Shown: positions 12,690 to 23,607, numbered from the stretch's first letter. The stretch: DNA of 64,000 bases from Alphaproteobacteria bacterium (GCA_016776635.1 JADHSZ010000005.1:5857-69856), one strand, 5' to 3'. Made by a program: numbers and translations. The notes: a model not told the origin generated them from the sequence alone.

Positions 12690-13343
12690 ATGCCGGAAGT
12701 GATTATCAACGGCCCGGAAGGGCGAATCGAGGCGCGCTATCACCATGTGGCGGAATCGGGCGCGCCCATGGCCCTGTTGCTCCACCCCCACCCCGAGCAT
12801 GGCGGCAGCATGCACAACAAGGTGGTGTACGCGTTGTTCCAGGCCTTCGTGCAGCGCAAATTCTCGACCATGCGCTTTAATTTCCGCGGCGTGGGACGCT
12901 CCCAGGGGGAGCATGACGGAGGCGAAGGCGAGCTCTGCGATGCGGCGGCAGCCCTCGACTGGCTCCAGACCTATAATCCCAATTCCAATGTCTGTTGGGT
13001 GGCGGGATTTTCCTTCGGGGCGTGGATCGCCATGCAGCTGCTCATGCGGCGCCCGGAGATTTCCGGTTTCATCTCCCTGGCCCCGCCCGCCAATACCCAT
13101 GATTTTTCGTTCCTCGCACCCTGCCCCTCGTCGGGGCTGGTCCTGCACGGCACCAAGGACGACGTGGTGCCCGAGGAGGCGGTGGATAAGCTGGTGGCCG
13201 AGATTAACAGCCAGCGCAATATCGAAGTAGATCACCGCACCATCGACGGCGCCGACCATTTCTTCAACGACAAGCACGACGACCTGGTGGGCCACGTGAA
13301 CGATTATCTCGACGAGGCCATGGCCGAGAACGAGGCGGCCTGA
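12690..13343 (+). CDS. Alpha/beta-fold hydrolase (uncharacterised family)
   Basis: 217 aa. GFSFGAW nucleophile elbow (GxSxG), downstream Asp/His candidates, ATG with GGGAGG Shine-Dalgarno. Confidence 0.6.
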   Translation: MPEVIINGPEGRIEARYHHVAESGAPMALLLHPHPEHGGSMHNKVVYALFQAFVQRKFSTMRFNFRGVGRSQGEHDGGEGELCDAAAALDWLQTYNPNSNVCWVAGFSFGAWIAMQLLMRRPEISGFISLAPPANTHDFSFLAPCPSSGLVLHGTKDDVVPEEAVDKLVAEINSQRNIEVDHRTIDGADHFFNDKHDDLVGHVNDYLDEAMAENEAA

Positions 13344-13356
13344 GGCTTATATCTCT

Positions 13357-14550
13357 CTATTGCGAGGGCCAGGTGACGGCGCCCCTGCCATGGCGGTACA
13401 GGGTGCCGCCGCTGACCGGCTTTGACACCCCGGTGGTGGTGGGCAGGCTCAGCGCCATGTCTTTGAGGGAGCGCACCGCCAGATAGGCGAAGGCCTGGGC
13501 CTCCAGGGCGTCGCCGTCCCACCCCACAGATTCTACGGATTCCACCGCTGCCACCTTTGCATCATCCTCCAGCGCTCCGGCCAGCGCCTTCATCAGCACC
13601 GGGTTGTGGCGGCCGCCCCCGGCCACCAACCATTGCAACGGCGGCGCGGGAAAGAACTCCCGCGCCTGGGCTACGCTGCGCGCCGTAAAGGCGGTGAGGG
13701 TAGCCGCCCCGTCGGCGGCGGAGAGGCCTTCCACCGGAGCCAGCGAGAAGGCATTGCGGTCGAGGGACTTGGGCGGCTTTTGGTCGAAAAAAGGATGGTC
13801 GAGCAGTTGCGCCAGCGCCGCTTCGTCCACCTTTCCCTTGGCCGCCAGCGCCCCGTTGGTGTCGTAGGGCCGGCCCATGGCGCGGTTGGCCCAGTCATCC
13901 ATGAGAGCGTTGCCGGGGCCGGTATCGAAAGCCAGAATTTCATCCTCTCCGGGGCCGGTCGCAGAGCCAGCGACAGAATCAGAGACAGATCCGATCCAAG
14001 TGACGTTGGCGACACCGCCGAGATTGAGAACCGCCAGGGGCTTTTCCATCTTCGCCGCCAGGGCCCCATGATAGAGAGGAGCCAGAGGCGCCCCCTGCCC
14101 GCCCGCGGCGAGATCGCTGCTGCGGAAATCGGCGATCACGTCAATACCGGTCTGGGTCGCCAGCAGGGCCCCGTCGCCGATCTGCCAGCTCCATCCCTGT
14201 TCGGGACAATGGTTTATGGTCTGGCCGTGAAACCCGATTATATCTATGCGCTCGGCTTTCAGGCGGGCCTTGAGCAGGAGCGCGGCCACCGCCCGCACGT
14301 GGACCAGGGTGCAGTCACGCGCGGCCTCGGCCACCGCGTCGCTCCAGTCTTCGCGGCGGGTTCCCAGTAACGCGCGCAACCGGTCCCGCAGCCCTCTTTC
14401 GTATTCCAGGGTCAGCGCCGGGCCGCATTCCACATGACCCTCACCATCGCTGCAGACCAGGGCCGCGTCGACGCCGTCGAGCGAGGTGCCGCTCATCATG
14501 CCGAGCGCCACCAGGCGGCCTTTTTTATGCTGCAGGTGAGGAAAAACCAT
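13357..14550 (-). CDS. anmK: Anhydro-N-acetylmuramic acid kinase
   Basis: GMMSGTSLDGVDAALV N-terminal motif and ASKHD-fold regions. The ORF-track start at 14691 gives an implausible extension. Start is placed at ATG 14550 (alternative 14499). Confidence 0.8.
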   Translation of the reverse strand: MVFPHLQHKKGRLVALGMMSGTSLDGVDAALVCSDGEGHVECGPALTLEYERGLRDRLRALLGTRREDWSDAVAEAARDCTLVHVRAVAALLLKARLKAERIDIIGFHGQTINHCPEQGWSWQIGDGALLATQTGIDVIADFRSSDLAAGGQGAPLAPLYHGALAAKMEKPLAVLNLGGVANVTWIGSVSDSVAGSATGPGEDEILAFDTGPGNALMDDWANRAMGRPYDTNGALAAKGKVDEAALAQLLDHPFFDQKPPKSLDRNAFSLAPVEGLSAADGAATLTAFTARSVAQAREFFPAPPLQWLVAGGGRHNPVLMKALAGALEDDAKVAAVESVESVGWDGDALEAQAFAYLAVRSLKDMALSLPTTTGVSKPVSGGTLYRHGRGAVTWPSQ

Positions 14551-14677
14551 AAAGGAAGCAAGCCGGGGCGGGAGCGGCTTGTCAAGCCAAGGCGGGGGGT
14601 GCAGCGCAAGGGGCGCGGCCTTCGTTGTGCGGCTTCGCCACATATGGTAACTGCATGGGCATGAACGGAGCCCATCC

Positions 14678-15934
14678 ATGACCGCCGCCACCTCGGATTT
14701 CCTGCGCGCCGTCAGCGAGCGCGGCTTCCTCCATCAGTGCACCGACGAGGCGGGCCTCGACGAGGCCCTGGGCAAGTCCCCCATCTCCGCCTATATCGGC
14801 TTCGACTGTACCGCCGACAGCCTTCATGTGGGCTCCCTGGTGCCCATCATGCTGTTGCGCCTTCTCCAGCGCCACGGCCACAAGCCCATCGTCCTCATGG
14901 GCGGCGGCACCACACGGGTGGGCGACCCGTCGGGCAAGGAGGAAACCCGGCAATTGCTGGACGACGCCCAGATCGCCAGCAACATGGAGGGCGTGCGCAG
15001 GGTGTTCGAACGCTTCCTCAGCTTCGGCGACGGTCCCAGCGACGCCATCATGGTGGACAATGCCGACTGGCTGTTGGGATTGAACTACATTGATTTCCTG
15101 CGCGAATTCGGCCGCCATTTCTCGGTCAACCGCATGCTCGGTTTCGATTCGGTGAAAATGCGCCTCGAGCGGGAACAGAATCTGAGCTTCCTCGAATTCA
15201 ACTACATGATCCTCCAGGCCTATGATTTTCTCGAACTGGCGCGGCGATTCGACTGTAGCCTGCAAATGGGCGGCTCCGACCAGTGGGGCAATATCGTCTC
15301 GGGCGTGGATTTGGCCCGGCGCATGGACGAACGCGCCCTGTTCGGGCTGACCTCGCCGCTGATCACCACCGCCTCGGGCGCCAAGATGGGCAAGACCGCC
15401 CAGGGCGCGGTATGGCTCAATGAAGAACGGCTCTCGGCCCTCGACTATTGGCAGTACTGGCGCAATACCGAGGATGCCGATGTGGGGCGGTTCCTGCGGC
15501 TGTTCACCGACATCGAGCTGGACGAAATATTACGGCTGGAAAAACTGCAGGGCAGCGAGATCAACGAGGCCAAGAAAACCCTCGCCACCGAGGCCACGGC
15601 GCTGTGCCGCGGCCGGGAGCAAGCGGAGGCGGCGCTGGAAACCGCGCGCCAGACCTTTGAGGAGGGCGAGACCGCCGAGGGCCTGCCCTGTTTCTCCATC
15701 CCCCGGGGTGAATTGGAATCGGGACTCCCCGCCTTTGAGATTCTATGCCGCACCGAACTTGCAACAAGCAACGGCGAGGCGCGGCGGCTGATTAAGGGCG
15801 GCGGCGCCCGCGTCAACGACCAGGTGATGGCGAGCGAAACCCAGGCCGTGAGCCTGGACGATGTGAGCGATGACGGCGTGATCAAGATTTCCGCCGGCAA
15901 GAAACGCCACGCCCTGATCTGCGTCGAAGATTAG
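14678..15934 (+). CDS. tyrS: Tyrosine--tRNA ligase
   Basis: Class I HIGH-like ([16 protein letters not shown]) and KMSKS-like (KMGKT) motifs, C-terminal S4 domain. Divergent from anmK, as is typical in Alphaproteobacteria. Confidence 0.9.
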   Translation: MTAATSDFLRAVSERGFLHQCTDEAGLDEALGKSPISAYIGFDCTADSLHVGSLVPIMLLRLLQRHGHKPIVLMGGGTTRVGDPSGKEETRQLLDDAQIASNMEGVRRVFERFLSFGDGPSDAIMVDNADWLLGLNYIDFLREFGRHFSVNRMLGFDSVKMRLEREQNLSFLEFNYMILQAYDFLELARRFDCSLQMGGSDQWGNIVSGVDLARRMDERALFGLTSPLITTASGAKMGKTAQGAVWLNEERLSALDYWQYWRNTEDADVGRFLRLFTDIELDEILRLEKLQGSEINEAKKTLATEATALCRGREQAEAALETARQTFEEGETAEGLPCFSIPRGELESGLPAFEILCRTELATSNGEARRLIKGGGARVNDQVMASETQAVSLDDVSDDGVIKISAGKKRHALICVED

Positions 15935-16141
15935 GTTCCGGACTCATAATTTCCGGGGAATTTCGCGGGCCATTTCCACGCCGTCCGATTGCGGCGCACC
16001 CCAGAGACGGCAAGAGACCGGACGTAATCGGAGTTGGCGCTGAGGTCCGCTTATGACCCATTTAGGGCCGACGTACCCTGGCCCAAAGCGGACATTTTAG
16101 AACCATGTTCTGGTCTCTGATCCGAGATTTGCGCCACCGCC

Positions 16142-16627
16142 CTACTCATTGCAAAGCATGTTGGAAGGCAAGCAGAGGCCGCCAGCCTGCTTAAGGAGGC
16201 GGTAAATCTCCTCGGCTTCCTCCCACTCTTCATCGGAACTGCCCATACCAAAAATCGGATCATCCGACAGGTATAAGAGGGATAAATTGGCGTTGTAGAG
16301 CGGCGTGTATCCGTTACCGTCCTTGAGGTTCACGTTGGCGCCGTGGCTCAGCAGCAGCCGTACGGATTTAGAGAAGCCTCCCCAGGCTGCTCTGTTGAGG
16401 GGCGTCGAGCTCTTGGTGATGGTCTTGCCGGTATCCTCGTCCACATAACTGCTCGTATAGGAACAGTTGACGCTCACCCCGGAGGCGATCAGCGCCTCCG
16501 CCCGGACGCTGTCGCCCTCGAACGCCGCCTTGGCCAGGGCCTCGCATTGGCCGTTAGCCCGCGCCACCGGGGGGCCGAGGATTGCGCCGACGAACATCAA
16601 GGCGAAAAAGACGGGGGCTGTGCGCAT
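16142..16627 (-). CDS. Secreted ankyrin-repeat protein
   Basis: Signal peptide MRTAPVFFALMFVGAILGPPVARA, then ANK repeats (NRAAWGGFSKSVRLLLSHGANVNLKDGNGYTPLY). Start ATG 16627 has an AAGGAAT Shine-Dalgarno. Local GC is visibly lower than the surroundings. Confidence 0.6.
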   Translation of the reverse strand: MRTAPVFFALMFVGAILGPPVARANGQCEALAKAAFEGDSVRAEALIASGVSVNCSYTSSYVDEDTGKTITKSSTPLNRAAWGGFSKSVRLLLSHGANVNLKDGNGYTPLYNANLSLLYLSDDPIFGMGSSDEEWEEAEEIYRLLKQAGGLCLPSNMLCNE

Positions 16628-16781
16628 GCGAAAATTCCTTACCCGTAATATTCTCTTCGCTTTACCCGGCTTTGACAATGAGGGTCTGACCCGCCCCCAC
16701 GAAGAACACCACTTTTTAGGTTAGACTCGATGTCGAGGGAGGGTCCGCTTATGGCTAGTTGCAGACATCGCGAAGAGGCGG

Positions 16782-19700
16782 CTATTCCGTTTCGCCGGCC
16801 GCGTCGGGGGTGGCCTCGCCTGCCGTATCGCCGGCGGTATCTTTGGGAATGGAGGCCGCGCCGAAGGGGTCCGCCGTTGACTGCAACGAAGGTTCGCCTT
16901 TCTTTTCGCCGCTGTCATATTCCGAGCCGCCCCCGAATATGCCGAACAGGTTGCGCAACACGCCCGGAGTCAGGGCGGCCAGGGGATTGATGGAAACATC
17001 GGGGTGGCCGATGGGGCCGCTGGTATGGAAGGTGGCGGCGAACATGCCGCCGCCCTTTTCCTCGCCGGTGAGAAGCTGGCCCAGGATCGGTATCTTGCCC
17101 CAGATGCTGTTGAGGAGATAGGCCGGTACCAGGGTGCCGTCGAGTTCGGAAACATCCTTGGAGAAATCCAGCACGCCCTTGAAGGTAAGGCCCACGGACG
17201 ATCCGAAGGCTTCGCCGTCATGGATACGCACCAGCTTGTTCTCGTAGGTGAAGGGGGCGGAGAATTTTTCGAAGGCGATTCCTTTTTCTCCTTTCATCTG
17301 GGACGCAATCCCGGTCAGCGAGGCCAGAGTCAGCATGCGGGCGAGAACCGGCGCCTTGATGATATTGTAATTGGAAATTTCCAGATCACCGGAAAAGGGC
17401 CGCGACTCCTTGGAATCGTCGATCTTTCCGGAAAGCTCCAGCGTCCCGCCCCCCATATTGGGATAGGAATCGAGCCGCCGCAGCAATTCCCCGGCATTGT
17501 CGCTGGTGAGTGTTAGGCGGCGGTTCCGGCCTTCGGGCAAAATGCGGAAAACCGCATGGCCTTCCCCTCCTATATCTGCATCGAGAAAAATGGTGCGCCA
17601 GGAATCGTCCTGGTTCTGCAACAGGCCCGAAACGCTGTCGAAGCCCCCGTCGGGCTTGACCCAGAGCCGGTCCACATGAACCGACAGGGAAAGCGGCGGC
17701 GACGGTTTTTCGTCGGGATCGTCTTCGTCGAAGAGATGACTCACATCGAGCGCGGGGCCGCTCAACGTAATGTCATAGCCACCGTCGGAACGAAATCCCA
17801 CGGTGGATTTGAAATCGTTGCGGCCGGTCTTGAGCCGGTCGAAAGTGATGTTCTGGAGTTCCTTGCCGTCAGGCGTGAATACCGCCTCCCCGCCCACATC
17901 AAGGTCTTCGGCGGTAATGGAGAAGGAGCGCATTTTCGTCAGGCGTTGGTCTTCCAGGGCCAGGGAGACCCGCGCCGTCCCCGGAGACTCGGGAGGCTTG
18001 GTCCATTCCAGAAGCGCGAGATCGAGCGAGGCGTTGTTGAGATTGGCGGCAATAGAGAGATCGCCCCTGGAACCGTCGAGTTCGGTCCAGATCAACTCCA
18101 CGCCCACCGGGCCGGTAAGATAAGGCCGGGTATCGAGACCAAGCCGGCGCCGCGCCTCTTCGTCGAGGGTGGACGTCACCGTGTAGCGGCTGATGAAGGG
18201 GGCGTCGTCGGTGAAATGTTCGATCCCCGCAAGTTGCGCCGGAACGCCCTCGAAAACGGCGCTGCCCTCAACATCCATGGTTTCCTTCGTCACCTTGATG
18301 GAGAGGTCGCCCTGGGTCACGTCCTTGCCCTGAACCAGCCCCGGCAGAGTCACGTCCACAAGATTGGCGGCCGCCGAGATGGTCACCAGGGGCATGTCGA
18401 GATCGGTCCTTAAGGGGAAGTCGAACACCGCCCGTCCCGCCATTTCCCCGCCCACCTTTTGCGGATCGATGCCGAGATAGCGGGCCGCGCCCAGCGGTTC
18501 CTCGTCGAGGATGGAGAGCAGATCGCGGGCGGTGCCGCGCACCACCGCCTCGACCCGGGCCTTTTCAATATCGGTGTCGAGATCCCACAGGTTAACGATG
18601 CTGTCCTCGATGGCGAGCGGGCCGATGCGGCCGCTGGAGACATTAAAATCTATGCGGTTGTCAGTGAAAATAGCCGTCCCCGCCAGTTCCGAGGCCGGCG
18701 GCATGGGCGAGAGAAAGTCTATGGAAAGCCCGTTGAACCCCAGCTTCCCCGTCACCGACTTCATGTTTACGGCGGAAAAATCGCCGCCTGGAAGATGCAT
18801 AGAAAAAGTGGCCCGGGCTTCCCGGATAGCCCCCAGCGACATATGTGTCGTCACCCAGTTGCGCGAGGGGCCGCCCAGGGATTTAGGCCAGTAGCGTTCG
18901 AATTCGTCGAACAGAAGGTGGTTCACCACGGCGTCCACATGGAGCCGCGCATCCTCGCCGTCGGGCAGAAGCTCCCCGCTCGCGTTCAAGGTGGTGCCGC
19001 CCACATCAATGAAAACATCGTCGAGGAAGAGCTTCGCCATGTCGTTTTCGAAGCGCCCCCGCAGCGCCGCCTGTTGCACCGCCACGCCGTCATCATAGAG
19101 GCCCGGCACCACAAGAGTTCCCGCCGCGCCCGAGAAATCAAATCCGAAAAAGGGAATCCGTCCGTCGAGGTCCATGCTCACGGTCAACGTGCCGCTGACG
19201 GGAAGGGCGGCGTGTCTCAGGGGTGCGAGAAGCGCTGCCCTGGCCGCCAGAAGACCGGGATTGATCTCGGAGAAAGAAGCCCCCAGATCGACCCGTCCCG
19301 CCGCCGTGTCATAGGCGAATTCGAGGTCGAAGTGGGCCTCCTGCAGCTCTCCGGTCCCGACTCCCGTCGTGGCGTCCTGTTTGTCGTCGCTGACATCGAG
19401 ATCGAGCGCCACCTCCCCCTGGATGCCGGTTTCGTTACGGGTCAGGATGATATCCGTGTTGTTGGCCCGCCAGGTGGTTTCAAGCCGCCGGTCATCCACC
19501 ACCACCGAGGAATTGAGAATGCTGACCCGGGTCAGGTATCCCATGGAGCGTTCGTTGTTGAGAGGGGAAAGCAGGTCGGTGAGAACCCGGTGCAGGATGT
19601 CGTCGCCCTCGCCTTCGCCGAGATCAAGTTCAAACTTTCCTTCCCGGGACAAGAAAACGTCGATTCTCGGCCTCAGCACGTCGATGCTGGTGGGCGCAAC

Positions 19701-20030
19701 CATCCCCCGCAGCATGGCGCGCACGCTCAAGGAAACTGATAGTTCCGGAACCGCGGCGAGAATGTCCCCCTCGGGCCCAATCGCCTTGACGCCCACCAGG
19801 CGGATATCCAGAGTCCGTTCCCAGCCCGCCCAGGTAAGCACCGTATCTTCGAGCTCGAAACGGAACGACCCGTCCTCGGCGCGCAGGGCGTCCTGGAGAT
19901 AGGGGGTGAGGAAGGCCAAAGAGACCGGTTCTCCGGCCAGACGCCATGAAAGCAGGGCGACCAGTATGGCCGCCCCGGCAAGCGCGGAACCGAAAATATC
20001 CAGAATAAATTTCGTCGTTCGGCGAAACAC
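16782..20030 (-). CDS. Large AsmA/YhdP-like (DUF3971-type) membrane-anchored protein
   Basis: 1082 aa. N-terminal transmembrane helix (ILDIFGSALAGAAILVALL), long beta-rich body, C-terminal Gly/Glu-rich low-complexity tail. The family call rests on architecture only. Confidence 0.45.
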   Translation of the reverse strand: MFRRTTKFILDIFGSALAGAAILVALLSWRLAGEPVSLAFLTPYLQDALRAEDGSFRFELEDTVLTWAGWERTLDIRLVGVKAIGPEGDILAAVPELSVSLSVRAMLRGMVAPTSIDVLRPRIDVFLSREGKFELDLGEGEGDDILHRVLTDLLSPLNNERSMGYLTRVSILNSSVVVDDRRLETTWRANNTDIILTRNETGIQGEVALDLDVSDDKQDATTGVGTGELQEAHFDLEFAYDTAAGRVDLGASFSEINPGLLAARAALLAPLRHAALPVSGTLTVSMDLDGRIPFFGFDFSGAAGTLVVPGLYDDGVAVQQAALRGRFENDMAKLFLDDVFIDVGGTTLNASGELLPDGEDARLHVDAVVNHLLFDEFERYWPKSLGGPSRNWVTTHMSLGAIREARATFSMHLPGGDFSAVNMKSVTGKLGFNGLSIDFLSPMPPASELAGTAIFTDNRIDFNVSSGRIGPLAIEDSIVNLWDLDTDIEKARVEAVVRGTARDLLSILDEEPLGAARYLGIDPQKVGGEMAGRAVFDFPLRTDLDMPLVTISAAANLVDVTLPGLVQGKDVTQGDLSIKVTKETMDVEGSAVFEGVPAQLAGIEHFTDDAPFISRYTVTSTLDEEARRRLGLDTRPYLTGPVGVELIWTELDGSRGDLSIAANLNNASLDLALLEWTKPPESPGTARVSLALEDQRLTKMRSFSITAEDLDVGGEAVFTPDGKELQNITFDRLKTGRNDFKSTVGFRSDGGYDITLSGPALDVSHLFDEDDPDEKPSPPLSLSVHVDRLWVKPDGGFDSVSGLLQNQDDSWRTIFLDADIGGEGHAVFRILPEGRNRRLTLTSDNAGELLRRLDSYPNMGGGTLELSGKIDDSKESRPFSGDLEISNYNIIKAPVLARMLTLASLTGIASQMKGEKGIAFEKFSAPFTYENKLVRIHDGEAFGSSVGLTFKGVLDFSKDVSELDGTLVPAYLLNSIWGKIPILGQLLTGEEKGGGMFAATFHTSGPIGHPDVSINPLAALTPGVLRNLFGIFGGGSEYDSGEKKGEPSLQSTADPFGAASIPKDTAGDTAGEATPDAAGETE

Positions 20031-20109
20031 TTCTAATGGTGCTCTTTAGCGGCCTTGACCAACGGGGCCTCTTCACGCAGTTTGCGGCAAAACGGGGGAT
20101 TACGAAAGA

Positions 20110-23103
20110 ATGATTTCCTCTCCTTTTATAGCCGATCCCGGCCGTCTGCCGAAAGCGGCGGATTTGGACCGCGCCGCGCGCGGAGTCGAACGCTGGCTGG
20201 AAACGGCCGCGCGCCTTGATGACGGCGAGTTGGCGGCATTTGCCAGAACCTGGGCCGAAGATCCGGCGGGGCGGCAATTCCTCGACGCGCTGTTGGGGAA
20301 CTCGCCTTTTCTCGGCAATGCCCTGGTGGCGGAAATGGCCTTCGCCCGGGAATTTCTCGAAACCGGGCCGGATGCGGCATTCGCGGGCCTTTTATCGGGT
20401 TTGACGGAGCGGCTGGCCGGCGAGACCAGCGAAACCAATGATGCCGTCATCATGGCGGCGTTGCGCCGGACCAAGCGCCGCGCCGCTTTGTTGATCGCGG
20501 CAGCCGACATCGCCGGGCTGTGGACCCTGGAAGCGGTCACCGGAGCGCTCAGCGATTTTGCCGAACGGGCGCTGGGCTTGGCGCTGGCGTATCTGTTACG
20601 CCGCGCCGCCGACCAGGGCCAGATCGCCCTGGCGGACAGGGCGGCCCCGGAAACCGGTTGCGGATATTTCGTTCTCGCCTTGGGCAAGCTCGGTGGGCGG
20701 GAACTCAATTATTCCAGCGATATCGATCTGGTGGTTCTCTATGACGAGGACAAGGCCCCCTATACGGGGAAAAAATCGGCCCGTGATTTCTTCCCCCGCC
20801 TGACCCGCGATCTGGTGCGACTCCTTCAGGAGAGGACCGAGGACGGCTATGTGTTCCGCACCGATCTGAGGCTGCGCCCCGACCCCGGCTCGACGCCGCT
20901 GGCGATTTCGGTACATGCGGCGGAAAGCTATTACGAGGGCACCGGCCAGAACTGGGAGCGGGCGGCCATGATCAAGGCCCGCAATGTGGCCGGCGACGCG
21001 GTCGCCGCGGCGGCGTTCATCGAGCGTCTGCGGCCCTTCCTGTGGCGCCGCAATCTCGACTTCGCCGCCATCGAGGACATCCATTCCATCAAGCGCCAGA
21101 TTGACACCTATCGCGGCCACAAGGACATCAAGACCGGCGGCCAGAACATCAAGCTCGGCCCCGGCGGTATCCGTGAAATCGAATTTTTCGCCCAGACCCA
21201 GCAATTGATCCGCGGCGGCCGCGATCCCGAGCTGCGGGTTTCGGCCACCTGCGAGGCGCTGGCGGTGCTGTGCGAGAAAGGCCATATCACGGCCCAGACC
21301 CGCGACGGGCTGGTCGCGGCCTATGCCTTCCTGCGCCGGGTGGAGCACCGTCTGCAGATGGTGGACGACCGCCAGACCCATACCATCCCCGAAGAAACGC
21401 AAAGCTGGCACGCCCTGGCCACCTTTCTGGGGTATGACGAGGCGCAGCAGTTCGAGAGCGAGCTGCACGCCCACCTTACGTTTGTGAGCACCCTCTACGG
21501 TGAATTGTTCAGTGAATCACCGGCGCTGGGCGGACCCGGCAATCTGGTCTTTACCGGCGGCGAGGACGACCCGGCGACGCTGGCCACCCTGGAGGAAATG
21601 GGATTCCGCGACGGCGCCAACATTGCCGGCGTGGTGCGTAACTGGCACCGCGGACGCTATCCCGCCATCCGCAGCGAACGCGCCCGCCAGCTTCTTACCG
21701 AGCTCATGCCGGCCATTCTCTCGGCTTTGGCCGATACCGCCGATCCCGATCTCGCCTTCATGAAATTCAACGAGTTCCTGTCGCGCCTGCCCGCCGGGGT
21801 CCAGCTGTTTTCGCTGTTCCAGGCCAATCCCGGGCTGCTCGGTCTGATGGCCGAAATCATGGGCAACGCGCCGCGTCTGGCCGACCGTCTGAGCCGCCGC
21901 CCGATCCTTCTCGACGGCGTTCTGGCAGCCGATTTCTTCGATCCCCTGCCCGATGCGGAAACCCTGAAAAAGGAAGCCGAACGGGCGCTGGAACTGGCCA
22001 CCGATTTCGAGGGCGTTCTCAACACCACCCGGCGCTGGTCTAAGGACCGCAAGTTCCAGCTCGGCGTCCAGATGCTGCGCAACCGCACCGACGCCGAAGC
22101 CACGGCCACATCTTTTTCGGATATCGGCGATATCCTGTTCAATCTGCTCCAGCCCCGGGTGGAGGAAGCCTTCGCCGAGCAGTATGGTGCCATTCCCGGC
22201 GCCGGCATGGCGGTCATCGCCATGGGCAAGCTGGGCAGCCGCGAAATGACCGTGGCCTCGGATGTGGACATGATCTTCGTCTATTCCGACACCCCCGACG
22301 ACGCCGTCTCCACCGGCGCCAAGCCGCTGATGCCCGCGGTATATTTCTCACGCATGGCGCAGCGCCTGATCAATGCCCTGACCGCCCCCACCGCCGAGGG
22401 TGAGCTCTATGAGGTGGACATGCGGCTGCGGCCTTCCGGCGCGTCGGGCCCCATCGCCTGTAGTCTCGACGCCTTTCGCAAGTATCAGAGCGACTCCGCC
22501 TGGGTGTGGGAACATATGGCGCTGACCCGCGCCCGCGCCGTGACCGGGGAAGAATCTCTGCGCAACCAGATCGGCGAGGCCATTCGTGACGTCCTGACCC
22601 AGCCCCGTGACCCCGGCACCCTGGCAGCCGAGGTCGCCGACATGCGCCGGCGCATCGCCGACAGCTTTCCAGGGACCAGCCCCTGGGACATCAAATACAC
22701 CCCCGGCGGCATGATCGACGTGGAATTCATCACCCAGTATCTGCAGCTGCGCCACGCCCATGATCATCCTCATATCCTCAGCCCCAACACCGTGACGGCG
22801 CTGGGCAATATGGCGCGGGAAGGACTGTTGGAGAGCGGCGAGGCCGAGGATTTGATGGCCGCGGCCCGGTTCTGGCACCGCCTGCAGGGATTGCTGCGCC
22901 TGTGCTTTAAGGAAACCCCCACCACGGAAGGGATGAGCCGGGGGCTGAGGACGGCGCTTTCCTTCGCCGGCGGCGCGGTTGACTTCGACGCCCTGACAAC
23001 AAAGATGGAGTCCACGGCCGCACGGGTGGGTGATCTATACGAAGCCATCATCGGCGCGCCCGGACGCGATCAACCCCTGACCAAGGAGATTCCCAACCCA
23101 TGA
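20110..23103 (+). CDS. glnE: Bifunctional glutamine synthetase adenylyltransferase/adenylyl-removing enzyme
   Basis: Two nucleotidyltransferase cores (GKLGGRELNYSSDIDLVVLYDED and GKLGSREMTVASDVDMIFVYSD). 997 aa. Confidence 0.9.
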   Translation: MISSPFIADPGRLPKAADLDRAARGVERWLETAARLDDGELAAFARTWAEDPAGRQFLDALLGNSPFLGNALVAEMAFAREFLETGPDAAFAGLLSGLTERLAGETSETNDAVIMAALRRTKRRAALLIAAADIAGLWTLEAVTGALSDFAERALGLALAYLLRRAADQGQIALADRAAPETGCGYFVLALGKLGGRELNYSSDIDLVVLYDEDKAPYTGKKSARDFFPRLTRDLVRLLQERTEDGYVFRTDLRLRPDPGSTPLAISVHAAESYYEGTGQNWERAAMIKARNVAGDAVAAAAFIERLRPFLWRRNLDFAAIEDIHSIKRQIDTYRGHKDIKTGGQNIKLGPGGIREIEFFAQTQQLIRGGRDPELRVSATCEALAVLCEKGHITAQTRDGLVAAYAFLRRVEHRLQMVDDRQTHTIPEETQSWHALATFLGYDEAQQFESELHAHLTFVSTLYGELFSESPALGGPGNLVFTGGEDDPATLATLEEMGFRDGANIAGVVRNWHRGRYPAIRSERARQLLTELMPAILSALADTADPDLAFMKFNEFLSRLPAGVQLFSLFQANPGLLGLMAEIMGNAPRLADRLSRRPILLDGVLAADFFDPLPDAETLKKEAERALELATDFEGVLNTTRRWSKDRKFQLGVQMLRNRTDAEATATSFSDIGDILFNLLQPRVEEAFAEQYGAIPGAGMAVIAMGKLGSREMTVASDVDMIFVYSDTPDDAVSTGAKPLMPAVYFSRMAQRLINALTAPTAEGELYEVDMRLRPSGASGPIACSLDAFRKYQSDSAWVWEHMALTRARAVTGEESLRNQIGEAIRDVLTQPRDPGTLAAEVADMRRRIADSFPGTSPWDIKYTPGGMIDVEFITQYLQLRHAHDHPHILSPNTVTALGNMAREGLLESGEAEDLMAAARFWHRLQGLLRLCFKETPTTEGMSRGLRTALSFAGGAVDFDALTTKMESTAARVGDLYEAIIGAPGRDQPLTKEIPNP

Positions 23104-23564
23104 CCATCAAGCCCGGTGACAGCGCCCCCGACTTCACCCTGGCCAGCGACGGCGGCGGCGAGGTATCCCTCTCCGCCCTGCGCGGAAAAAAGGTGATCCT
23201 GTATTTCTATCCCAAGGACTTAACGCCGGGCTGTACCACGGAATCCTGTGATTTCCGCGATGCCCTGCCCGACTTTGAAGGAACGGACGCTACCGTTATC
23301 GGGCTGTCCCGTGACAGCGCCGCCAGACACGACAAGTTCAAGGCCAAATACGACCTCAACTTCCCGCTCGCCGCCGACGAAGAAGGAACCGTATGCGAGG
23401 CCTATGGGGTGTGGGTGGAGAAGAGCATGTACGGCCGTAAATATATGGGCATCGAACGCTCCACTTTCCTTGTGGACGGTGACGGCGTGGTGCGCCAGGT
23501 CTGGCGCAAGGTCAAGGTCAGGGGCCATGCCGAGGACGTGCTGCAAGAGGCCAAGGGGCTTTAG
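23100..23564 (+). CDS. bcp: Thiol peroxidase Bcp (peroxiredoxin Q)
   Basis: FYPKDLTPGCTTESC peroxidatic Cys motif. Start overlaps the glnE stop (ATGA). Confidence 0.85.
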   Translation: MTIKPGDSAPDFTLASDGGGEVSLSALRGKKVILYFYPKDLTPGCTTESCDFRDALPDFEGTDATVIGLSRDSAARHDKFKAKYDLNFPLAADEEGTVCEAYGVWVEKSMYGRKYMGIERSTFLVDGDGVVRQVWRKVKVRGHAEDVLQEAKGL

Positions 23565-23587
23565 AGCTGGTCAGGATTAACTCGACC
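23562..23587. repeat. Copy A of a 26-29 bp interspersed repeat (tagagcNggtcaggattRa...), starting at the bcp stop codon
   Basis: tagagctggtcaggattaactcgacc matches copy B (24451-24479) at 18 of the first 19 positions. Confidence 0.6.
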
Positions 23588-23607
23588 TTAACGCGATTTG
23601 GTACGTA

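Noticed and set aside
15935-15975. Terminator hairpin after tyrS (TTCCGGActcataattTCCGG)
   Set aside because: Only a 5-bp stem and no U-tract. Not convincing.
18459-19739. 426-aa plus-strand ORF, plus other 100-285 aa ORFs across 17000-19900
   Set aside because: All lie inside and antisense to the 1082-aa AsmA-like gene. High-GC shadow ORFs.
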